From a virus (lineage: Duplodnaviria; Caudoviricetes), in the IMG/VR virus record IMGVR_UViG_2840500688_000001, positions 6,810 through 70,809 of that record: a stretch of 64,000 nt of DNA, one strand, 5' to 3'. This document shows, piece by piece, positions 16,268 through 26,900 of this stretch. The notes under the pieces are model-generated. The model saw only the letters and a program-made list of their open reading frames with translations, ran no database searches and was not told the origin of the DNA. The first letter of the stretch is position 1. Each line of letters opens with the position of its first letter. The position numbers and the translations under genes are program-made.

Positions 16268-19200
16268 ATGAGCAGCTTAGGTACATTAACAATTGATCTG
16301 ATTGCAAAGACAGCTCAGTATACAGAAGGATTGAATAGAGCTGCTCGTCAAACCGAGCGTAATACACGTGAAATGCAACGATCTTTGCAGCAATTAGAGG
16401 CACAAGCAGAGGCAACACGTCTCGCATTTAAATCGACAATTGCAGGATTCTTATCTTTTCAAGGTGCGAAGTCATTAATTGATATTGGTGACAATTATAA
16501 AGCAATGGCAGAGCGCGTTAAGATGGCCACCAATAATCTTGAGGAATATGATTATGTTCAACAAAGATTATTGAAATCAACAGAAACGTCATTTCGATCG
16601 TTGGCAGAGGCTCAAGAGCTATTCATTGCCACAAGTGATAATTTGCGTGGTGGATATGGTTATTCCTTAAAAGAATCCTTAGATATAACAGACAGCTTAA
16701 GCTTTGCATTTGTGCGAAATGCAACAGCAGCTGATAAGGCAGCGTCTGCAATCAATGCTTATGATAAGGCTTTATCAAAAGGTAAGGTCAGCGCTGATGA
16801 ATGGCAATCAATTTCAGGGGCCGCTGGTACCATTGCACAAAATATTGCGGATGCTGTTGGTAAAACGGCTCAAGAAATTGATAGGCTTGGGCATAGCGGT
16901 AAATTAGCAATTGAGCAGTTAAATGAGGGGCTAAAAAAATCTAAGCAGGATAATGAAGATGCTGCAAATTCCATGGTGAATACTGTTAATGATGCATTGA
17001 CGATCATGAGTAATAAATTCCAAGCATTTTGGGGTGAATTTAATCGTGATACTGGCATTACATCGGGTGTTGCCAATAGCATTATTTTTCTATCTGATCA
17101 TTTAAAATATGCCGAAGGCATGATCTTATCGTTATCTGCGGTGATTGTGGGTAAATTGTCAGGTGCTTTAGCTGGATCAGCAATTGCTACAGGTCGTAGT
17201 GCATTGGCATTTTCAGCGGCAACCATTGAGGCTAACCGCTATCAGGTGGCATTGGCCAGAATGTCAGGGATGTCAGCAGCAGCTGCAAAAAGCCAAATTG
17301 CATTGGGTGTGGCCACAAGAGGTGCAAGTGCAGCAATGGGATTGCTAGGTGGTCCAGCAGGCTTAATTACGATTGCAGCTATGGGGTTGGTGTATTTTGC
17401 AGGATCGGCAGAACGTGCATTTGATGAAACCATTAAGTTATCGAATTCATTTTTGGGGCTCAAAGAAGATCTTGAAAGTTTGACAACAGCTCAGGCACAA
17501 AATGAATTGTTGAATCTGCAAAAACGCTATCAAGAAATTGCAGTTGAACAAGCAAAACTCATGGATCGTAAGAGTGAGCTTGAAAATCAACTTGAGAAAA
17601 TGGAGGCAAGAAAACAAGCCAGCTTAAAGCGTGGTGGGAAAGGATTCAGTGATTTAGATAAAACCAATTTTAAGAAGATTTCGAATGAACTGATTTCTAT
17701 TAATGCGCAAACCGATACACTTCAAAAAACATTAGGTAAATTATTTGAATTAGAAACGGATTTAATTCAGGTTAAAAATGGTAGTTATAGCAAACAGTCA
17801 TCTGTTATTACTGAAAAAGAATTAACACTTGCGGGCAAAGCTTTAGAATACTATGAAAATATCAATAAGCAGATATTTATGCTTAAGCATACAGGATCTG
17901 ATGCCGAATTGTTGTACCAAAGGCAATATGGATATTTAAAGGATATTGAAGACGTTGAATATCAGAGATTGTTACTTAGGCAGCGCGAATATGATACAGA
18001 ATTGCTATTGGCCAACAATCAAAAAGACCTCAATGCCATTCTCACTGAAACTAAAGAGAAATATGACAATATTGGGAAAAGTGTCAAAGAAATAACATTG
18101 GCAAGGGCAATTGATAAAGGAGCGACTGAAGAGCAAATTCAAGATTTGACAAAATGGCTGACGGCCATTAGTAGCGCACCAAAATCAGGTGGTAAAACAG
18201 CCTTAAATTATTTTGATGATAAGCTTAAATCGATCAATGAAGAGATCTATAAAATGAAGTCTCTGAATGAAGGTTTGAGGTTATTTGGTGGTGAAAGCCA
18301 ATATACGGCTGTCAGTGACTTGACTAGAGAATTTAATAATCAGCATAGCGTATTGGCAAAAATTAGCGCTCAGCAGCGTGATGTATTGATGATGCAAGCT
18401 CAGGAGCTTGATAATCAAAAGCAAATCAATGCGATTATGACATTCAGTCATGATTATGCGAATAATTTTGAGGATATGTACTTTGAATTAAGTCTTATTG
18501 GCCAAACTAAGCAAGCCATTGAAGAGCTGACATTTGCACGCGAAATGGAGAAAAGAGTCAAAGAGCTTAGCATTGGCATGAGTCCAGAAAATTTAGAAGC
18601 CATGCAAAAAGAGATGTCTAAAATCATGGCTTTGAGAGATGAATATAATGCTTTGAAAAATGCTATTGATAACAATCCAATGGCGGGTATCAATGAAGGT
18701 TTTAAAAGATATTTTGATGATGCAGGTACTGTACGTGACCAATGGGCGGATGCAACTCAAACAGCATTTAATGGCATGTCGGATGCATTTTCAAGGTTTG
18801 CAAGTGGTACCAAAGTAGATTTTAGACAAATGACGGTCTCTATTTTGCAAGATCTTTCACAAATATTAATTAAGGCGGCGATTGTAAATAGTTTAAAAAA
18901 TGCAAGTGCGGCTGGAGGTTTTTGGGGGTCTGTTGCCAGTGCATTTGGTTATTCTGGTGGTGGTTATACTGGGGCTGGTGGCGTTCATGAGCCTGCTGGG
19001 ATTGTTCATAAAGGCGAAGTGGTCTTTTCACAACGTGATATTGCCAAGTTTGGGGGTGTAGCGGCAGTTGAACGTATGCGTTTACGTGGCTATTCTAATG
19101 GGGGCATTGTAGGCGGGTCGGTGGTTAATCAGAATTATCACCAAAATAGTAATCAGCCTCAGCCCATTTCCATTGTGGTTAATGTTGCAGAAGATGGATC

Positions 19201-19315
19201 TACAGAGGTGATTGATAACAGTGCTGGCAAGGCTTTAGATAGACAAATTGAAGTCATTGTGAAGCGAGTGATTGCACGAGAAAGTAGACCAGGTGGTGGA
19301 CTGGCTAAAAGATAA
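16268..19315 (+). CDS. Tape measure protein (1015 aa)
   Basis: 'SLGTLTIDLIAKTA' start, tape-measure domain, Ala/Gly-rich helices, C-terminal 'GGYTG.GG..EPAGIVHKGE'. Confidence 0.95.
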   Translation: MSSLGTLTIDLIAKTAQYTEGLNRAARQTERNTREMQRSLQQLEAQAEATRLAFKSTIAGFLSFQGAKSLIDIGDNYKAMAERVKMATNNLEEYDYVQQRLLKSTETSFRSLAEAQELFIATSDNLRGGYGYSLKESLDITDSLSFAFVRNATAADKAASAINAYDKALSKGKVSADEWQSISGAAGTIAQNIADAVGKTAQEIDRLGHSGKLAIEQLNEGLKKSKQDNEDAANSMVNTVNDALTIMSNKFQAFWGEFNRDTGITSGVANSIIFLSDHLKYAEGMILSLSAVIVGKLSGALAGSAIATGRSALAFSAATIEANRYQVALARMSGMSAAAAKSQIALGVATRGASAAMGLLGGPAGLITIAAMGLVYFAGSAERAFDETIKLSNSFLGLKEDLESLTTAQAQNELLNLQKRYQEIAVEQAKLMDRKSELENQLEKMEARKQASLKRGGKGFSDLDKTNFKKISNELISINAQTDTLQKTLGKLFELETDLIQVKNGSYSKQSSVITEKELTLAGKALEYYENINKQIFMLKHTGSDAELLYQRQYGYLKDIEDVEYQRLLLRQREYDTELLLANNQKDLNAILTETKEKYDNIGKSVKEITLARAIDKGATEEQIQDLTKWLTAISSAPKSGGKTALNYFDDKLKSINEEIYKMKSLNEGLRLFGGESQYTAVSDLTREFNNQHSVLAKISAQQRDVLMMQAQELDNQKQINAIMTFSHDYANNFEDMYFELSLIGQTKQAIEELTFAREMEKRVKELSIGMSPENLEAMQKEMSKIMALRDEYNALKNAIDNNPMAGINEGFKRYFDDAGTVRDQWADATQTAFNGMSDAFSRFASGTKVDFRQMTVSILQDLSQILIKAAIVNSLKNASAAGGFWGSVASAFGYSGGGYTGAGGVHEPAGIVHKGEVVFSQRDIAKFGGVAAVERMRLRGYSNGGIVGGSVVNQNYHQNSNQPQPISIVVNVAEDGSTEVIDNSAGKALDRQIEVIVKRVIARESRPGGGLAKR

Positions 19316-19362
19316 TTAGTATATTCTCATTTAGTATTTATATTGACAAAATTGAGGATGTT

Positions 19363-19866
19363 ATGAAAAAAATATTAATTACTATAATGCCATTATTATT
19401 AACTGGATGTGTCACTACTGAAACTGTCGAATTATCAAATGAATTTAATGCAAAAGATGCTGCATTTATCTATAAATCTGGGAAAAATACAATTAAAGGA
19501 AATGCTTTTTTACGCCAAAATAGTGGTAATGTTGTAACATGTGCTGGTAATGATGTGATGTTAATACCCGTTACAGCATATTCACAAGAGAGAATGGGGC
19601 ATATTTATAAGTTAGAAGATGTAGGTTTTTTACCAATTTATAATAGTAAAATTACATTTAATAATGATAGTAATGATTATAAGTCTATGATTAAGAATGT
19701 GAAATGTAACTCGGATGGACAGTTTGAGTTTAATAATGTTGCCAATGGAAATTACTATGTCGTAGCTTATGTTATTTGGAAAGCCGGTAGCTATCAGGGC
19801 GGATCTCTTATGAAAAAAGTAAGTGTTAAAAATGGTAGTACAGAAAAGTTGATTATGACTTTATAA
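19363..19866 (+). CDS. Moron lipoprotein
   Basis: MKKILITIMPLLLTGC lipobox; beta-rich 'G.FEF.NVANGNYYV' prealbumin-like pattern; AT-rich. Confidence 0.8.
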   Translation: MKKILITIMPLLLTGCVTTETVELSNEFNAKDAAFIYKSGKNTIKGNAFLRQNSGNVVTCAGNDVMLIPVTAYSQERMGHIYKLEDVGFLPIYNSKITFNNDSNDYKSMIKNVKCNSDGQFEFNNVANGNYYVVAYVIWKAGSYQGGSLMKKVSVKNGSTEKLIMTL

Positions 19867-19888
19867 AATGTCTATTTAAAGGAAAGAT

Positions 19889-20641
19889 ATGTCTGGCATA
19901 TATAAGCATGCAAGCTATGAATTCAATGTTATTGAAGAAATTGGAGGCGGAGGATTTGGCAAAGTTTTTAGTGTCTCTTTGCCAACATGCGATTATAAAT
20001 ATGCGCTAAAAATATTTTCCCCAATTCAAGAAATTGCTGAAGCATCTTGTTTATCAGATGGTGAATTATTAGAAAGATTTCATCAAGAAATTTGGTATCA
20101 AATTAGCTGTAGGCATAAAAATATTGCGACTATTTGTGTTTTTCATGACTCAGATCCACCATTTTTTGTCATGGATATAGCTGATTATGACTTAAAAACA
20201 GCGATTGATAAAAATATACTGAGCACTTCAGATAAAGTAAAAGTTGTGTTAGATGTTATGAATGGGTTGGAATATTTGCATAATAAAGATTGGCTTCATC
20301 GTGATATAAAGCCTGCAAATATATTGTGCTTCAATGGTACATATAAATTGTCTGATTTTGGTCTAATAAAGAATTCTGGAAATGCTAAAAATCCGAAAGA
20401 TGTTATGAGTGCGATTGGATTAAGATTGGGGACAAATGGATATATGGCTCCAGAAGTTATGGATGCTTGTTTTTATTCAAAACAATCTGATATCTATGCG
20501 CTCGGTGTGGTTATTGCTCAACTCAAGATACCTGGATTTGATGCTATTGTTGATAATTGTACTAAATATTTTCCTAGACAGAGGTATCAGACTATATCCA
20601 TTCTAAGAGATGCAGTACGTAAGGAGATTGAGAATGTTTAA
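19889..20641 (+). CDS. Hanks-type Ser/Thr protein kinase
   Basis: GGGGFGKV, ALK, HRDIKPAN, DFG, GTNGYMAPE, SDIYALG. Confidence 0.95.
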   Translation: MSGIYKHASYEFNVIEEIGGGGFGKVFSVSLPTCDYKYALKIFSPIQEIAEASCLSDGELLERFHQEIWYQISCRHKNIATICVFHDSDPPFFVMDIADYDLKTAIDKNILSTSDKVKVVLDVMNGLEYLHNKDWLHRDIKPANILCFNGTYKLSDFGLIKNSGNAKNPKDVMSAIGLRLGTNGYMAPEVMDACFYSKQSDIYALGVVIAQLKIPGFDAIVDNCTKYFPRQRYQTISILRDAVRKEIENV

Positions 20642-21428
20642 TATAAAATCAGTTGCATCATTTTCGGAGCCTAGGGATAATATTTTTCTAGAAAATAGAA
20701 AGAATAATGAAGATTCTTTTGTATCGCCAATACGTAATAAAAATGGGTATGTATTTTGTATCGCTGATGGTCTTGGATCATATAAAGGCGCTTTAAATGC
20801 ATCGAGGTTCGTCTGTAGATTTTTGGAAGATAAAAAAAATATAGATCACTCATATTTAAGTCGGTTGTTTGCGGATGATTTGACCATTGAGTTTGGCAAG
20901 TATATTCAAAGTTTAGATAAAGAATATATAAAAGCTGCGACAACATTATCAGTCTGTTTTCTTGATGAATTTGGACTGAGTATTTGGCATGCTGGTGATT
21001 GTAGGGTATATATTAAAAAAGATAAGAAGCTCATACAAATGACAAGTGATCACACTCAGTATCAAAAATTGCTTAGTAAAAAAATTTACACTAAGAAAGA
21101 GTTAGAGGAACATGGTATTGGAAAAAACACCTTAACTACAGCGATATCATTGTCAATTCCAATAGAAGAAGAGTATTTATTTATCCCTATGGGGGACCTC
21201 AGAAAAGAATATGGAAATGAGTTATCTATTATAATTATGTCAGATGGTGCTCATCATTTTTGGGATTTGCGAAGAAGGTTTAGTGAAAAAACCATGTCTG
21301 ATATTGTGAAGTTGAGTAGTGCTTTACAAAGAAGAATCGAAAGAATGGGGGCTATTGATGACTATACGGTTGTTGCTGCAACATTTGATGTACAAAATAT
21401 AGCAGATATAAGATCTCACAAATTGTAG
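20634..21428 (+). CDS. PP2C/PPM-family protein phosphatase
   Basis: NED, IADGLG, ATTLS, GDCRVY, DHT, MSDG, DDYT; likely ATG 20634 overlapping the kinase stop. Confidence 0.93.
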   Translation: MFNIKSVASFSEPRDNIFLENRKNNEDSFVSPIRNKNGYVFCIADGLGSYKGALNASRFVCRFLEDKKNIDHSYLSRLFADDLTIEFGKYIQSLDKEYIKAATTLSVCFLDEFGLSIWHAGDCRVYIKKDKKLIQMTSDHTQYQKLLSKKIYTKKELEEHGIGKNTLTTAISLSIPIEEEYLFIPMGDLRKEYGNELSIIIMSDGAHHFWDLRRRFSEKTMSDIVKLSSALQRRIERMGAIDDYTVVAATFDVQNIADIRSHKL

Positions 21429-21450
21429 AGTGAAATTGATAAAAATACTA

Positions 21451-21473
21451 AGCCACCAATAGGGGGCTTTTTT
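21451..21473 (+). terminator. Terminator after the kinase-phosphatase moron
   Basis: AGCCACC-AATA-GGGGGCT plus T tract (one mismatch). Confidence 0.6.
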
Positions 21474-21490
21474 ATTGCCCAGAGGAAAGT

Positions 21491-21826
21491 ATGAATTATG
21501 AAATATTTAAGTGGATCCCTTTGGTAGAAGCCGAAGAGGAAATTGAGCCTTTGATTGATATTATCCAATTAGGGGATGGCGTTGAGCAGCGGCAAGCAAA
21601 GGGGCTGCGTAGGTATCGGACACTATTTAACGACCAAAAATTTATATCAAATGAGGCGGAGATTGATGAAATCGCCGCTTTTTTAATGCGCCATTTAACC
21701 CAACCTTTTTATTACAATATTGGTGGTAAGCGGTATCTAGTGCGTAAAGATGGTCCATTTAAAATTATCCGAAAAGGTGCAGACATTGCAGAATTAACAG
21801 CATCATTTGTCGAGGTGGTGAGATGA
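21491..21826 (+). CDS. Minor tail protein (lambda M-like)
   Basis: 'IQLGDGVEQRQAKGL', 'FLMRH...PFYY'. Confidence 0.85.
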   Translation: MNYEIFKWIPLVEAEEEIEPLIDIIQLGDGVEQRQAKGLRRYRTLFNDQKFISNEAEIDEIAAFLMRHLTQPFYYNIGGKRYLVRKDGPFKIIRKGADIAELTASFVEVVR

Positions 21827-22542
21827 TCAGTAATGCAGTGAAGGCTAAGCTTGATGAAGTAGAACAGGGCGCTTGGGTTGATTTGTATGATTTAGACATT
21901 ACGCGCATTAATGACCATGGCGGCTCAAATCATTTCTATTTTTGTAACGAATTGAATGAAAAGAATGAGTCAGTCATTTGGCGAGGTCAAAAATATATGG
22001 CCATTCCCATTCAAATTGAAGGGGTAGAAGTCAAAAGCGATGGACCGAGCAACCGTCCTACATTAACGATTGGTAATGGTGCGGGTTATATCACAGGAAT
22101 TCTGAATCAGTATCGTGGATTAGTGGGCGCAAAAGTCACACGTTATCGTGTGCCAGCTCAATTTTTAGATGCCATTAATTTTATCGATGGTAATGATCAT
22201 GCCAATCCCGATGAATACCAGGATCAAACCTATATCATTAATGCCGTTCAGCATAATAATAAATATGCCTCTTTTACATTGGCGATTCCAAGTGAAACAG
22301 ACGGGGCGATTATCCCACATCGCACGATCTATGCGACTGTTTGTCCGTTTCGATACCGTGGTGAAATGTGTGGATACGATGGTTGGGCTATTGCAGATGA
22401 AAATGATTATGCAGTGCAGCCGCATGAAATTGAAAAAGATAAATGTAGTAAGAGATTGAGCGGGTGCATGGCGCGATTTGGTGTTAATGGTCAATTGCCT
22501 TTTGGCGGGTTTCCGATGGCCGATAAAGTGAGTGGTGGGTAA
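21823..22542 (+). CDS. Minor tail protein (lambda L-like)
   Basis: 'GPSNRPTLTI', Cys cluster 'CPFRYRGEMCGY...DKCSKRLSGC..RF...LPFGGFP'. Confidence 0.9.
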   Translation: MISNAVKAKLDEVEQGAWVDLYDLDITRINDHGGSNHFYFCNELNEKNESVIWRGQKYMAIPIQIEGVEVKSDGPSNRPTLTIGNGAGYITGILNQYRGLVGAKVTRYRVPAQFLDAINFIDGNDHANPDEYQDQTYIINAVQHNNKYASFTLAIPSETDGAIIPHRTIYATVCPFRYRGEMCGYDGWAIADENDYAVQPHEIEKDKCSKRLSGCMARFGVNGQLPFGGFPMADKVSGG

Positions 22543-23240
22543 TGAAAGAGATTTTAGAGCATTGTCAGGGTGATGAAGAAAAGGGCGGCATTGTTATTGG
22601 TGGTGAATTTATTGCATTAAAGAATATCGCCAAAGATAAAGCAAATAACTTTGAATTTAAGTTAGACAATTATAATTTTGATCGAATAGAAGCTGTGGTT
22701 CACAGTCATATTGGTGACCATCCTTATCTTTCAAAGTTTGATCGCATCGCGCAAATTGAAACAGGCTTAGATTGGTGGGTTGTTGCTAATAATCAAATCC
22801 ATAAATACAAATGCGTTGATCTTCTTAGAGGGCGTGAATTTGAATATGGCAAATATGACTGCGGTACTTTAATCGAAGATGCTTACAGTTTGTGTGGCAT
22901 CAACTTACGACACTATAAGCGTAAATCAATAGAAGAAGATGAAGCAAATAGCGTAATTATTGAAAGATTGCCAAAACTTGGATTCTATCAAGTATCAGAA
23001 GCTCAAGCCGGTGACGTCATTGCAACAAGCATGGGTGGTCATCCTAATCACTTAGCGCTTGTTCTAAATAATGAACGTATTTTACATCATGTGGCCGGGC
23101 AGTTTTCACGCGTGGTTGCATATGGTTCAGTTATGCAAAAACGTACGCATTCAATTTGGCGCCATAAAAAGTGGCAACCCAGAATGATTGAAGCAATTGA
23201 CTATGATTTGGAGGCAAGTGATGAAGAAAGTCACATTTAA
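22542..23240 (+). CDS. Tail assembly protein (lambda K-like, JAB + NlpC/P60)
   Basis: 'VVHSH....LSKFD' JAB motif; 'YDC', 'NHLAL', 'ILHH'. Confidence 0.88.
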   Translation: MKEILEHCQGDEEKGGIVIGGEFIALKNIAKDKANNFEFKLDNYNFDRIEAVVHSHIGDHPYLSKFDRIAQIETGLDWWVVANNQIHKYKCVDLLRGREFEYGKYDCGTLIEDAYSLCGINLRHYKRKSIEEDEANSVIIERLPKLGFYQVSEAQAGDVIATSMGGHPNHLALVLNNERILHHVAGQFSRVVAYGSVMQKRTHSIWRHKKWQPRMIEAIDYDLEASDEESHI

Positions 23241-23937
23241 ATTTTATGGTGCATTGCGTAAATTTGGCAAAGAATACACTATATATGGTAGTACTGTGAA
23301 TGAATGCATGCGCTCTCTTTGCATTCAGATCAATGGTCTGAAAAAGCATATGAAATATAAAAAATATAACTTAAAAGTAGGGCGGCGAGATGTTGGCCAA
23401 AATGAGTATATGGATGGAATTAATGCAGATAAAGACTTGGTTGTGCGTGTTATTCCTATCATTCACGGTGCCGGTCCCTTTGCCTTGGTGGCAGGCGCTG
23501 CATTAGCTGCGTTGAGTACAACAACTCTGGTATCAGCGGCAGTGGGTGCAGTGCTGTTGCAAATAGGTATTGGCTTAATGTTATCGGGTGCAGCCGCTTT
23601 ACTCACTAAGCAGCCAAAGTTTAATCAAAATCACCAAGGTGTAGAAGACTCTAAGTCATCATCATTTAGCAACTTATCTAATATGGTTGGGCAAGGTAAA
23701 CAGGTGCTGCGTGTGTATGGTGAGATGCTTGTTGCAGGCTATACAATTTCGCAAGGTTTATCCAGCCGTAGGATCTCATCAGGTGTTGATATTAATAGTG
23801 TGCAATCAGCTAATTACACCAGAAAAAATATTGCATTAATTGCGTCAAAAGACCCTAAAGGCATGACGTATAACATTGATCGAAATTGTGACTCAGTGCG
23901 CAATGCAGCGGTAAATATTCAAGTAAAGTGGAGTTAA
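23221..23937 (+). CDS. Tail assembly protein (lambda I-like)
   Basis: 'FYGALRKFG', 'VIPIIHGAG', Gly/Ala-rich hydrophobic middle; likely start 23221. Confidence 0.85.
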   Translation: MKKVTFKFYGALRKFGKEYTIYGSTVNECMRSLCIQINGLKKHMKYKKYNLKVGRRDVGQNEYMDGINADKDLVVRVIPIIHGAGPFALVAGAALAALSTTTLVSAAVGAVLLQIGIGLMLSGAAALLTKQPKFNQNHQGVEDSKSSSFSNLSNMVGQGKQVLRVYGEMLVAGYTISQGLSSRRISSGVDINSVQSANYTRKNIALIASKDPKGMTYNIDRNCDSVRNAAVNIQVKWS

Positions 23938-23938
23938 T

Positions 23939-26900
23939 ATGGGTGGTAAATCCGGTGGTGGCTCAAGATCGCCACGCATTGATAAAAATACATTAAATTC
24001 AGCTCAGAAATTAAAGATTATTGATTTAATCAGTAGTGGTGAGATTTCAGGTTTTATTCATGGCAATGATTATCCGCTTAAATCTGTTTATTTGAATGAT
24101 ACGCCAGTACAAAATTCTGATGGTTCAATGAATCACGCGGGTGTTCAGTTTGAATTTAATAAAGGCACACTAGAGCAAGATTATTTGCCAAGCGCAGCCT
24201 CTGTTGATAATTCTGTCAGTGTAGGTGTGGAAGTTGAAAAGAAGAATCCCATTACCCGTACCATTACGAATCAGCAAATCACAAGTGTACGTGTGACAGT
24301 GGGTGTTGACTCATTAATGCGTTCAACACGTGAAGGGGATCAGTTGGCCACATCAGTTGATATGAGTATTCAGATTGTTAAAAATGGCCAAGTACATGCC
24401 TCACAACACATGCATTTAAACGAAAAAGGCAATCAACCGTTTAGAGTTGATTATGTGTTTTCAGATTTGCCCGCGGCGCCTTTTGACATTAAATGCATTC
24501 GTTTAACTGCGGATTCCAATGATGATATGTTGAGAAATAAAACGTATTTTTTCAGCTATGTTGAATCCATAGATAGTAAGTTAAGAATGCCTGGATCCGC
24601 CGTGGCAATGCTACAAATTGATTCTCAGCAGTTTGGCAGTAGTAATCCGACACGTAACTATGGGGTCAAAGGTTGCATTGTGCAGGTACCATCTAATTAT
24701 GATCCGATTAATCGAACGTATTCAGGGCTGTGGGATCGTTTATTTAAACCAGCATACACGAATAATCCCGCATGGATTTTGTATGATATTCTCACCAATC
24801 ACGAGTGCTTTGGGGATAAGTTTAAAGATTACCGAATTGATATTGATCGTTTATACGAATTGTCGAAATATTGTGACGTGCTTGTTGATGATGGGAATGG
24901 CGGTAAAGAACCTCGATTTGTGTGCAATATGGTGCTCTTTGGCAGTGATGCCTCGACCGTCTTAGATAATATTTGTTCTGTTTTTCGTGGCACGTACTCA
25001 AATGCCAATAATCATTTTACAGTACAGTTTGATCAGAAAAGTGATCCCGTAGCCGTTTACAATAATTCATCTGTAGAGAATGGTGAATTCAATTATTCAT
25101 ATGTACCATCTACTGAACTGTTCAATCAAATCAAAGTTGAATATATTGATAAAGAAGATGGTTATCGCACTAAGATTGATGAAGTATCAGATGAGGCGAA
25201 CATTGCAAAATATGGATTGAAATCTACATCCATTACGGCGTTTGGCTGTACAAAACGATCATATGCATTGCGTTGTGCGAAATGGAATTTGGTGACGGCA
25301 TTAACTGAAAATGAAACTGTTACATTCATTGTGGGTGCTGCTGGCATTCGCCATGAGCAACATGACATTATCAAAATTGCAGATAATGACTACGCAGGCG
25401 CACAAATTGGCGGTCGTATTGAGTCGGTGAATGGCAACACAATCACTGTAGATCGTGAATTAAAGAATGTTAAAGAGTTCATGATTAATGTTGAGGGCGC
25501 TGTTAAAACCTTTAAAGTCATGAAAGTGATTGATGCTAAAACCTATCAACTAGATGGTGCGGTCAATTCTGTTGATTATGTACAGTTTGTTGCAACCTTA
25601 GATAATGTAGAGCCACGCTTATTTCGCTGTATTCATATCGAAGAAGATAGTGATGTGAATAAATACACGATCACAGCAATTAAGCATAATCCACACAAAG
25701 AGGCGATTGTTGATAAAGGTGCCGCTTATATCGAGGGTAAATATTCAGTATTAAATGCCTTGCCACAGTTGAGTAATGGTGTTGTGAATACCAATGGCAG
25801 AGCGCTGATTCTAAGATGGGATAGTTTAGAAACAACAGGCTCTGTAAATAAGTACATTGTGCATATTTATAAAGGTGTTGAATTAATTCAGCGATTAGAA
25901 ACTAAAGAAACATCTATTAAGTTAGTCGGATTGCCGCAAGGTAATTACACGGCAAGAATACGTGCCATTAATGAAATGGGGCAACATAGTGAAGAGCTTC
26001 ATATTTCATTCAGTACCACGTATGAGATTACAGGTTTGAGACACATCCCAATCGTTTTTGGCTTAAATCTATATTGGGAAGTACCATCGCTTTTAACAAC
26101 AGAAGCCTATACAGAAATATGGTGGTCACAAAGTGAAGATAGAAGTAAAGCAACTTTAGCGGCCAAAATGCCATATCCACAGAATACTTATACAGTTAGT
26201 AATCTAGGGATTAAAGATGGCCGTTATTTCTGGTTTCGCTTAGTCGATTTAGATGGTAATCAAGGTGAATTTACGCGTGCGTTCTATGCTGAATCATCTA
26301 ATGATTCAACAAGCATTATTGAAATGATTCGTGGGAAAATTACTATCAAAGAGTTATCTGATGATGTTGCAACACATATCATTGAGGATGTTTTAAAAGA
26401 AGCACGTCAAGACATGCAAACATTGATTGATCAATCAACTGTGATTAAAGCAGTTCAGAAAAAAGCCGATCAAGCATTGGTAGAAGCTAAGCTTTTAGAG
26501 TTTTCTAAAGCGACAGAAAGCCAGGCGGTTCTTGCAGAAACTGCGATTAATCGTTCTATCGTTGAGGCTAATCAGGCAGAAATTAATACTTTTAAAAAGA
26601 CCACAACTGATCAGTTATCAGCACAGTCGCTGATCATTGAGAGTTTAAAATCAGAAGTTGATAATAGTATTAAGGCATCAATCGATGAGATTCAGAAAAC
26701 TTCAACAACTCAATTAGAAGCGCAGGCTGAATCCATTAAAACGCTAAAGACAGAAATTGATCAAAATATAAATGCCTCAATTGAAAATGTGGAGCAAACA
26801 ATAGCCTATGTAGATGGAAAAGTTAAATCGCAATATACGTTAAGAACAGTCACCATGAGTGGCGGTAAAAAAGTAATTTCTGGCTTTACAAGTTTGAATG

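Noticed and set aside
2494-21473. Recurrent GCCCC...GGGGCTTTTT hairpins (2494, 4698, ~13260, ~14340, ~15682, 21451) as a repeat family
   Set aside because: These are ordinary intrinsic terminators of a lambdoid late operon; loops and flanks differ, and they are neither REP nor CRISPR units.
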